64,000 nt of DNA from the human T2T-CHM13v2.0 reference genome, Homo sapiens, in assembly GCF_009914755.1 (NCBI RefSeq), contig NC_060929.1, one strand, 5' to 3'. Under the pieces are notes generated by a model. It saw nothing but the letters and a program-made list of their open reading frames with translations. It was not told the origin of the DNA and did no database searches. Positions 14,691 to 25,289 of the stretch are shown piece after piece; position 1 is the first letter of the stretch; each line of letters opens with the position of its first letter. The position numbers and the translations under genes are program-made.

Positions 14691-15876
14691 CAGAAAACTA
14701 TGAAATACCGATTCAAGAAATTAAAAATGACACAAACAAACAGGAAGACAACCCATACTCATTGATCAGAAGAATTAATATTGTTAAAATCACCATACTG
14801 CCCAAAGCAACCTATAGATTTAATGCAATCCCTCTCAAAATACCAATAACATCCTTCACAATAATAGAATACATAATCCCAAAATTTGTATGGAAACAAA
14901 AAAGGAGGCAGAGTAGCCAAAACAATTCGGAACAAAAAGAACAAAGTTTGAGGCATCCCATATCTGACTTCAAAATATATTACAAGTCTATAGTAACCAA
15001 AACAGCATGATATGTGTATTAAAACAGACAAATAGACCAATAGAACAGAATAGAGAACCCAGAAATAAGTTCTCATATTTACAGCCAACCGATTTTCTAC
15101 GAAAGTGCCAGGAATATACATTGGAAAAAGGACACCTTCTTCAGTAAATGGTAAGGGCATAAATGATATTTATGGGGAGAAGAATGAAACTAGATCCCTA
15201 TCTATCACCACATACAAAAGTGAACTCAAAGTGGATAAAATAAGACCTAGAACTGCAAAAGGACCAGAATGAAACCTACAGGAAATACTTTAGGACATTG
15301 GTCTCGGCAAAGATTTTGTGACTAAGAATTTAAAAGCATAGGCAAAAAGGTAAATTTTAAAAAATTTAATCTGATTAAAAAAATTAATCTGATTAAAAAG
15401 CAGGCAGAGGAGACGAATAAACATTTCTCAAAAGAAGAGTTACAAATGGCCAACAGATACATGAACAAATACTCAACATCACTAATTATCAGGAAAATGC
15501 AAGTCAAAATCACAATGAAATATCTTCCCATACCAGTTAGAGTGGCTATTATTTAAAAGACAAATAATAACAAATGCTGGTGAGGATGTTGAGAAAAGTG
15601 AACTCTTATACACTGCTGGTGGGACTGTACATTAGTACAGCCATTATGAAAAACATTGTAGAAGTTTATGAAAAAAAAAAAAAACCATCCCAAAAGCCTA
15701 AAAATAGAACTACCATTTGATCCAGCAATCCCACTACTGGGTATTATCCAAAGGAAAGGAAATACTTGCATCCTCATGCATATTGCAGCTCTTTTCACAA
15801 TAGCCAATATATGGAATCAACATAAATGCCCATCAACAGAAGAATGGTGTGTGATGGTTAATATTAAATGTCAACT

Positions 15877-15917
15877 TACCACCCTGAATGCACCCAATCT
15901 CCTCTGATCTCAGAAGC
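15877..15917 (+). pseudogene. 5S rRNA fragment (about nt 12-52) at the HERV-L deletion junction
   Basis: TACCACCCTGAATGCACCCAATCTCCTCTGATCTCAGAAGC vs 5S TACCACCCTGAACGCGCCCGATCTCGTCTGATCTCGGAAGC: 36/41 identical, all 5 differences at CpG sites. Confidence 0.92.
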
Positions 15918-16169
15918 CTACTGCATTGTTACTTAATTTATATAAGCAGAAAACTTCAGGTCTAGTGGACCAAAGACTAATTTGATTTACAAAAACAGAG
16001 AATCATGGCCCCTCAATCAATTTCCAGACTTGAACCAGTTTACAGACCCAGAAGCTCTTGAATGAAGGGGAGACCGGGTCCCCTTGAGGAAGGACCCCAC
16101 TACACTACCAACAATTTATGCTGTTAATCTTTCTCCCGTCCTTCCCCAAGGAGATCTCTGGTCTTTTAT

Positions 16170-16490
16170 CAGGGTAACCCTGCATTGGGGAAAGTGAAAT
16201 GATCAGACATTGCAAGGGCTACTGGACACTGGCTCTGAGCTGACATTGATTCCAGGGGACCCAAAACATCATTGTGGTCCTCCAGGTAAAGTAGGGACTT
16301 ATGGAGGTTAGTAATTAAGGGAATTTTAGCTCTGGTCACACTTACAGCGGGTCTAGTGGGTCCCTAGACTCACTTGTGGTCATTTTCCCAGTGCCAGAAT
16401 GCATAATTGGCATAGACATACTTAGCAGCTGGCAGAACCCACATATTGGCTCCCTGACTGGTAGGGTGAGGGCTATTATGGTGGGAAAGC
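16170..16490 (+). pseudogene. pro: HERV-L aspartic protease remnant
   Basis: GLLDTGSELTLIPGDP (DTGS at 16225-16236); PVPECIIGIDILSSW; stops and frameshifts present. Confidence 0.9.
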
Positions 16491-18665
16491 CATTGACTTG
16501 GAAAATGCCAACGAAAAGCGATTTCAAGGCCAGTAAAATACCTTTACTGTCCTATCTCAGGAGTATATCAACTCTCCAGCTTTGTGTCATAATGTTGTTT
16601 GGAGAGAACTTGATCACTTTTCCCTTTCACAAGATATCACACTAGTCCATTACATTGATGACATTATGCTGATTGGATCCAGTGAAAGAGAGGTAGCAAA
16701 TACACTGGACTTACCAGTGAGACATTTGTGTGCCCCAGAATGGGAAATAAATCCGACTACAATTCAGGGAGCTTCTACCTCAGTAATATTTCTAGGGGCT
16801 CAGTGGTGTCAAGATATTCCTTCTAAGGTGAAGGATACGTTTTTGCATTTGACACCTCCTACAACAAAGAAAAAGGCACAATGTCTGGGGGCCTACTTGG
16901 ATTTTGGAGGCAACACATCCCTCATCTGGGTGTGTTACTCTGGCCCATTTATTGAGTGGCCTGAAAGGCTGCCAGTTTTGAGTGGGATCTAAAGCAGGAG
17001 AAGGCTCTGCAACAGGTCCAGGCTGCTGTGCAACCTGCTCTGCCACTGGGCCATATGACCAAGCAGATCCAATGGTGCTTGAGGTGTCAGTGGCAGATAT
17101 GGATGCTGTTTGGAGCCTTTGAAAGGCCCCCATAGGTGAATCACGGCAGAGGCCTCTAGGATTTTGGAGCAAGGCCCTGCTGTCTTCTGCAGATAACTAC
17201 TCTCCTTTGGATAAATAGCTCTTGACCTGTTACTAAGCTTTGGTGGAAACTGAACATTTGACTATGGGTCATCAAGTCACCATGTGACCTGAACTGCCTA
17301 TCATTAATTGGGTGCTTTCTGACCCATCTAGCCATAAGATGGGGCATGCATAGCAGCATCTCATCATCAAATGGAGGTGGTATATACATAATTAGACTCG
17401 AGCAAGTCCTGAGGGCACAAGTAAGTTACATGAGGAAGTGGCTCAAATGTTCATGGTCCCCACTCCTGCCACCATGCCTTCTCTCCCTCAGCCTGCACCA
17501 ATGGCCTCATGGGGAGTTCCCTATGATTAGTTGACAGTGGAAGAGAAAACAAGGACCTGGTTTACAGATAGCACTGCATGATATGCTGGCACTACTTAAA
17601 AGTGGACAGCTGTGGCACTACTGCCCGTTTCTAGGACATCCCTGAACAACAGTGGTGAAGGGAAATCTTCCCAGTGGGCAGAAAATCGAGCAGTGGACCT
17701 CATTGTGCACTTTACTTGGAAGGAGAAATGGCCAGATATGCAATTATATACTGATTCATGGGCTGTAGCCAATGGCTTGGCCAGATGGCCAGGGACTTGG
17801 AAAAAACATGATTGGATAATTGGTGACAAAGAAATTTGGGGAAGAGATATGTGGATGGACCTCTCCAAGTGGTCAAAAACTGTGAAGATATTTGTATCTC
17901 ATGTGAGTGCTCACCAAAGGGTGACCTCAGCAGAGGAGGATTTTAAAAATCAAGTGGATGGGATGACTCATTCTTTGGATACCACTCAGCCTCTTTCCCC
18001 AGCCATCCCTGTCGTTGTCCAATGGGCCCATGAAAAATGTGGCCATGATGGTAGGGAAAGGAGGTTACACATGGGCTCAGCAACATGGACTTTCAGTCAC
18101 GAATGCTGACCTGGCTACATCCACTGCTGAGTGCCCAATTTGCCAGCAGGAGAGACCAACACTAACCCCTCGATATGGCACCATTCCTTGGGGTGATCAG
18201 CTAGCTACTTCATGGCAGGTTGATTATATTGGACCTCTTCCATCATGGAAAGGGCAGTGGTTTGTCCTCACTAGAATAGACACTCTGGATATGGGTTTGC
18301 CTATCCTGCATGCAATACTTCTGCCAAGACTACCATCCGTGGACTCACGGGATGCCTTATCCACCATCATGGTGTTCCACACAACATTGCCTCTGACCAA
18401 GGCACTCACTTAATAGCTAAAGCAGTCTTAGCAGTGGGTTCAAGCTCATGGAATTCACTGATCTTACCAGGTTCCCCATCATCCCGAAGCAGCTGGATTG
18501 ATAGAAGAGTAGAATGGTCTTTTGAAGTCAATTATAATGCCAACTAGGTGACAATACTTTTCAGGGCTGAGGCAAAGTTCTCCAGAGTGCTCTGTTTGCT
18601 CTGAATTATCATCCAACATATGTTACTGTTTCTTCCATAACCAGGATTCATGGGTCCGGGAATCA
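16491..18665 (+). pseudogene. pol: HERV-L pol remnant (RT, RNase H, integrase), frameshifted
   Basis: [12 protein letters not shown] (YIDD 16651-16662); RNase H YTDSWAVANGL and HVSAH; integrase WAHEKCGHDG...CPICQQ and WQVDYIGPLP in ORFs 16582, 17612, 18015. Confidence 0.93.
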
Positions 18666-18669
18666 AGGG

Positions 18670-19104
18670 GTGGAAGTGGAAGTGGCAGCACTCACCATCA
18701 TCCCTAGTAATCCCCTAGCAAAATTTTTGCTTCGTGTTCCCAAGGCATTACATTCTGCTGGCCTGGAGGTCTTAGTTCCAGAGGGAGGAACACTACCACC
18801 AGGAGACACAACAACGATTTCATTAATGTGGAAGTTAAGATTGCCACCTGGACACTTTGGGCTCCTCCTACCATTAAGTCAACAAGCTAATAAGGGAGTT
18901 ACAGTGTCGGCTGTGGTGACTGACCCGGACTATCAAGATGAAATCAGTCTACTGCTCCATAACGGAGGTAAGGAAGGTTATGCATGGAATACAGGAGATC
19001 CATTAGGGAGTCTCTTAGTGTTAGCATGCCCTGTGATTAAGGTCAATGGGAAACTACAACAGCCCAATCCAGACAGGACTACAAATGGCCCAGACACTTC
19101 ATGA
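18670..19104 (+). pseudogene. dut: HERV-L dUTPase reading frame
   Basis: HSAGLEVL...KLRLPPGHFGLLLP...VTDPDYQDEISLLLHN; lies downstream of integrase as is typical of ERV-L. Confidence 0.88.
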
Positions 19105-19560
19105 ATGAAGGTTTGGGTCATTCCACCAGGTAAAAAATCCTGACCTACTGAGGTGCTTGTTGAAGGCAAAGGGAATACAGAATGGATAGTAGAAGAAGTA
19201 TTCATCAGTACCAGCCACGCCCGCGTGACCAGTTGCAGAGAGGAGGACTGTAATTGTCATGAGTATTTCCTCTTTATTTTGTTAAGAACATGTTTGTGCC
19301 TTTATACACTTGTACCAAGAAAATATCTTCATTTTATTTTCTTTTAGCTTTGTGACATAAGACTTATTGGCTTCTTATCAGCATTTAAGTGTTGTTAATT
19401 TTATATAACAGCATTTGGATTGGGGGCTGGTACATTTCCAGTTGTATGAAGGATAGTTGTATTATGTTAGGCACAATTATGATTTTATTATTGTCTTTAT
19501 TTGAAGATTATGTATGATTTCAGAAGATGTATATGGGTTCAAGTTGGCAAGGAATGGACT

Positions 19561-20024
19561 TGTGATGGTTAATACTGAATGTCAACTTGATTGGATTGAA
19601 GGATGCAAAGTATTGTTCCTAGGTGTGTCTGTGAGGTCTGTGAAGGTGTTGCCAAAGGCGATTAACATTTGAGTCAGTGGACTGGGAAAGGGAGACCCAC
19701 CTTTTAATCTGTGTGGGCACAATTTAATCAGCTGCCAGCATCACCAAAATAAAAGCAAGCAGAAGAACGTGGAGTGGAGAGATTAGACTGGCTTAGCTTC
19801 TGAGCCTAACATCTTTCTCCCATGCTGGATGCTTCCTTCCCTTGAACATGGGACTCCAGGTTCTTCAGGTTTGGGACTCGGACTGGCTTCCTTGCACTTT
19901 AGCTTGCAGATGGCCTATTGTGAGGCCTCATTTTGTGATCATGTGAATTAATAATCCTTAATCAACTCCTCTTTATATATACATCTATCTTATTAATTCT
20001 GTCTCTCTAAAGAATCCTAATACA
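19561..20024 (+). mobile_element. MLT2A1 3' LTR
   Basis: TGTGATGGTTAATACTGAATGTCAACTTGATTGGATTGAAGG...CCTAATACA; preceded by the PPT-like AAGGAATGGACT. Confidence 0.93.
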
Positions 20025-21515
20025 AACAGATATAGAAAATGTGATAATATTGTCTCTCTATATACATATACATATAGACAGAGACACACAATGAAATACC
20101 ACTCAGCCAAAAAAACAAACAAACAAATAACAAAAAAAAGAAATCCTGTCATTTGCAACAATATGAATGAGACTCCTGGAGGGCATCATGTTAAGTGAAA
20201 TAAGTCAGACACAGTAAAATAAACAGCACATATTCTCATTCATATGTGAAACTAAAAAAAAAAAATTGAGCTCATGAAAATAGAGAGTGGAATTGTGAAT
20301 CTTAGAGGCTGGGAAGGGAAGGGGGAGCGGAGGATATAGAGTGATTGTTTAACATATACGAAATTACAGCTAGAGAGTGAAAATGAGTTCTGGTGTTTTG
20401 CAACTCTGCAGGATAAATATGGTTAACTATAATTTATCATATATTTTCAAAAAACTAGAAAAGAGAATTTTGAATATTCACAATACAACAATGATAAATA
20501 TTTCAGCTGATGGGTATGCTAGTTTGATTTGTTCATTACACATTGTATACATACATCAAAATATCACTTTGTATCCTATAAATGTGTATAATTATTGCAT
20601 ACCAACTAAAAACAAAAGAAAACATAAAAATTAAAAAATTAAAAACTAAAAAAATATGAATGGAAATTCTCATGCATACAATACACAATGCAGTGAATAG
20701 GCCCTTCTGGAGATATGCAAATCAGCAAAACTGTACACAGTAACCACTGGCATTACCCATTCTAGGTGGAATGTGGGACATTGTTAGCTCATACCTGTAA
20801 CTCCTAATTAGAAATCATTAGAGAAAGACATTCTGCCATGGGAATTGTTGAGCTACAACGGTGAAGCAACATCAGGTCATTGCAAATGATTTAAAAATTC
20901 ACAGTTGTATTATATTGGAATGTGGTCAGGGAACATGAAGCTAGTCAACTTTAACAGTCAAAAAATTTCACAAGAAATCATAGCCAATTCATATTCAGTG
21001 CTAATAACAGGATTGCTTTAAAAATAGCTATTATATTACTAAACAGCACTTTTGCAATGTTTAAGTTTTAAGTATTATTAAAGTGGTTAGTACTAGCAGA
21101 GTAGATATGAATGAATTGTGGCAACTGTAGTTTAACCATAGAAACTACAAGGTAAGCAACAGAGCACATTTTAGAGATTAAATAAATTAAGCAATTAAAT
21201 TGGTTTACTAAGACCCTTGATGTTTTCAGGTAGATAATTATTATGAGAAAAATAAAATGTAATAAGAGAAATAGTATTTAAGTAGTGGACCAGTTTATGT
21301 AGAAAATGAAGGATCAGGAAACAAGAAAGTAACATGATCTTTATGTTTGACTTAGAAAACAAATTACATGAAATAACCAAGATGTCTCGAGCACAAATCA
21401 TTGATGTTTTATCAGTTACTGATGTCAGCTTGGGTATAGCAAGATGGAAATGAAATAAAAAAAATCAGCCACTAAAATAAAGTTCTTCTTGGTATCAATG
21501 TCTTATCTACTTATT

Positions 21516-21568
21516 CTCTCTGTCTCTCTCTCTCACACACACATACACAGACACACACACACACACAC
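21516..21568. repeat. Compound (TC)n(CA)n microsatellite
   Basis: Direct reading. Confidence 0.9.
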
Positions 21569-24059
21569 GTGAATAGGGGATATTATGATTTGCTCTTTTT
21601 AAACAAGTTTTAAGAGCTCACTAACGTTTTGGTAAAACACTCTTCTGTAACGAATTCAAATAACTACAAGCTCTAGATTTATTGCTGATAATTATTCTAC
21701 AGTTGCTTACAAAACATACCTGTGGCTAATTCCATACAGTTATAAGACAACAGTCTGCTTGGAGATCGATATTCTGTTTATATACTTGATTTTCTGCTGC
21801 TGGGTTGATATGATTAATTAAGCTCAATACCAGATAATTTTATTTAATGGATTTAAAGTGGAGTAACTTCAGGTCACAGCAAATAGACAGTAGTTTCACA
21901 GTTGAAAATCTAGCATTAATGCATTTATTAATATATTAAAAGTAGTAATAGCAAGCAGTCATCCCTGGTTAGGCAACTTATCTACTTCTAAACCTATGAA
22001 AAGAAATGATTCTAATATATGCTTATTTCAACTGCTAGGCTGGTTTCACAATAAAAACAAGTATATATTTATGCTTGTCCTTACCCAAACTATTTAAAGA
22101 ACTTGAGCTTTTTCAATTACATATTTTGTTCTCATTAGTTTAAAACATTATTGCCTTCTATACATACACTGTTCATCTCTTTTGAAATGCAGACACACAT
22201 TTTGAAATAATTAGGGTGAAGCCATAATGAATTAAAGGAAAATAAGCTATAAAATATTTTAAAAGATATGTACTGACATTACTGTTCTTTATAATAATGT
22301 TAATCACTGGATCTACTGACACAAGAGTAAATAGGAATAGCTTTTGAATTGCATATGAAGTTTCTAAGGCATTATGCATGTTTACAATATTTTGTTCTTC
22401 AAAAAGTGACCCAACTAACTTTCATACGATTTTGTGAAATTCATTAATTTGTGTGCTATAATTCTTTTCTCAAATAGTAGTAACAATAACAGTAACTTAA
22501 ATAATTACACAGGCTCTCTGTGCATTATGAATTATGTAAATACAAATAGATTAAGAGTATGGTCACTGTATCCTTAACGCAGTAGTCTAACAGTTCAACA
22601 ACTAGTTATTTTGAAATTCCTCATCTTGATATAATACAATAACATTACTTAAAGAAAATGGATTTATTTCACAACATAACATTTTTGTAAAATTTAGATG
22701 GTTAAGATGGTGAGATTGTGACTTCATTCTGATCATTTTTAGTTTCTGAAAAAAAAATTCTATGTAACATAACAGACAAAATTACTCGTATATTTTAGAG
22801 CACACTGTGGATAATTGTTCATTAATGGTTAACTATGATTAATATCTATAAATGACTTTTAACCATTGCTTAATTTCTACTTTAGCCATTCAACAGTGAA
22901 TTGTTCTGCAGCAAATTGTTGGCATTATTGCTAGCTCTTATTCCCACAGGTTTTTGTTTATGGTCATGGCATCTTAAAGTCCAAAACCGGCTTCAAGTTT
23001 TTTATCTCATAATTCACATTAAATACCTTATAATAGATTATTAAGCTGTCAGTATTTAATATGCGAGTTTGTTTTGTTTCATAAAAGTGTTATATGACAT
23101 CAGTTTGAAAGAAGAAAACAAGATGAAATGAGAAATAGCAGGGATGGGCTAACTTTTTAGCTGAGGGGATGCTAACTAGCCTTGGTAAGGTATCACAGCG
23201 GGAGGATCTGGAGTATGGGGAGAGCTTGTGCGGTCCGAACATCTCAGGAGTTAACACTTGATAAAAAGATTGAAGTAAACGGAGAAAATGCTGTAATTGT
23301 TTCTAAATACTAGGTTCAATGAATGGTCATTAGGGATATGCATTTATTTCATAGTACAACATTCATCTACATAAAGATTGCCACAGAATTGCATTGATGG
23401 TCATTTAAAGAAGAAAACATTAGTTATTAATGATAGCAGAATGTAAACTCAGAAAGAACATTCACTGAGCATGAGAGGATAGTAAACTTTATAATATAAT
23501 CAAAGATTTTATTTAACTTAGAGAAACTACCAAAATATTAAATACCTGAAAACTAACATAATTTAGAAAAGGATTATAAATCTCAAAGGCCTTGGCTTCA
23601 TTATAATAGATATATAATTTACGCTCTTGGAAACATTGGGAATACTGATTTTTACATATTCATTAGCATTCTTATATTTGTTACAAATCCAAGTCTATTT
23701 AAAATGTGCTCATAAATAGGAAGAGGGGTGAAGCTGGGAGAGAGAGAGTGGAGAGCACAGTAGACACCTGAAGATAAGTAGAATTTTTCAGCTTTTACAA
23801 AGGATTGTTGAGGAAATGTCACTTTTTTATTTATGCATTTATTAATTCATGAAGTATTTAATGATTGATATTGAAATGGTTTAAAATTCCCCTGCTTAGA
23901 CCATTTTGGTTTGAATTCACATTATTTTTTTTGCTGAAACTGGTAATAAAGATTTATTTAAATGGTTCCCATCACTTTAACTATAGAGAAACAGAAGAAG
24001 ATTACTTAACAATTGTAAAAAAAATACGTGAAAAATAATATTATCTGTAGTACTTAGTA

Positions 24060-24370
24060 CGATTATGATTTGCTCTGTTCAGCAAAAGTTGAGAGGAAAG
24101 GATGGGTCACTTCTGGGTGGAAGCTCCAAGAACTGACAGGTGCTTCATTTGATGATGTTTTCCTTTTGTCACATGACCAGTGATGTCTCAGATGAGGGCC
24201 ACATTTTCTGTCTAAATATTAAAGTGAAGATGTCAAGGACCAGAGGACAGAGCAGACTCATGATGGACATATATTACTTGAAGGAGAAATGAGCCTTTGT
24301 TGTTGTAAACTGTCGAGATGTAGGGGATGTTTGTTTCTGCAGCATCATAATTTAGTCAAAGTTAACATAT
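24060..24370 (+). mobile_element. MLT1I/J-like MaLR LTR (old)
   Basis: gtcacttctgggtggaagct...gatggacat...gagaaatgagcctttgttgttgtaaactgtcgagatgtaggggatgtttgtttctgcagcat. Confidence 0.7.
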
Positions 24371-25289
24371 TTATTCCTTAATATGTTAGAATGTTGGACT
24401 TCTTTTTATTTTAATTTTTAGAATTTTTTTTTTTTGCAAACTTCTTTTTTAAAGCCTATGGATTTCTTTTTAGAGTATACAATATAAGTATTCCAGAAGA
24501 CTTATTAATATTATCAAGTAATAGCCAAATATTCTCTGAGAAGTTTTCATAATACGGATCCTAAAGTAATCTCTCACTGATTGTAAAGGGAATTCCAAGA
24601 CGTTTATTCTCTGTGAAATTGTCCTTAGATCATTGGTCACCTCAAACAATACATACTAGCTACCCGTTACAAATATTACAAGATATTCTTACCTAGACAA
24701 GGGATATTGAAAAAAGGGATAAATGCAGAAGTAAGATTATTAAAGAAGAAAAATAAAGTGGAATAGGAAAATATAAAAAACATGAATAAGAAAATAAATT
24801 ATGCACTGCTTCTCATATGCTGATGGCTCACTTCGACAAAAATATAAAGAAATATTTCATGCATCTCTTCCCATGGAATATTATGTAAATTTTGTTTGCA
24901 TTCATTTTATGACAAACTCACAAATCTGGTTGCAAATCCCAATAAATATATATATATGTAAATGACAGATAAAAAGCTGAAATTTAATATACTTGTCACT
25001 TAACAGGCTACCATATGTCTGAACATTCATTATGTAGAAAAAAACAGTGAATGAGATTTTGCCTGAAAGACAAATAGATCACATTAAATTCTGAGGAAAT
25101 AACATTTAAGTGAATTGGAATTATATTAAAAGAGCCAAATGCAGTAAAACTTTCGGAGAGGTGAGAGTTTAGTGTGGAATCCACAGTAATTTACATATGG
25201 TGATAGAAACATTAGAGTAGACATACATTTTGTAGAAACCCAGAATTCTGATAATTCTTACTCTGCTAAACTCACATAATTTTTATACA

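Larger units (their letters stand above)
15848..20024 (+). mobile_element. HERV-L provirus (MLT2A1 LTR), 5' LTR and most of gag deleted
   Basis: 5' LTR stub TGTGATGGTTAATATTAAATGTCAACTT; order pro-RT-RNase H-IN-dUTPase with no env; complete 3' LTR; 5-bp TSD AATGG/AACAG. Confidence 0.96.
14694..20655 (+). mobile_element. L1MA5A-like ORF2 3' part and 3' UTR, split by HERV-L insertion (L1 parts 14694-15847 and 20025-20655)
   Basis: ORFs RINIVKITILPKATYRFNAIPLKIP and KIELPFDPAIPLLGI...IAALFTIA are ORF2p; L1 resumes in register after the 3' LTR and ends aattattgcataccaactaaaaac plus A-rich tail. Confidence 0.9.

Noticed and set aside
15877-15917. Functional 5S rRNA gene
   Set aside because: Only 41 of about 120 nt; lacks the internal promoter (box A mostly, box C entirely) and terminator.
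15918-19560. Replication-competent or domesticated ERV-L
   Set aside because: Promoter, PBS and most of gag deleted; multiple stops and frameshifts in pro and pol.
23145-23190. Possible 24-nt plus-strand micro-exon (TTTTTAG|...TTG|GTAAGG)
   Set aside because: Branch-like CTAAC is too close to the AG, pyrimidine tract is short, no supporting exons.
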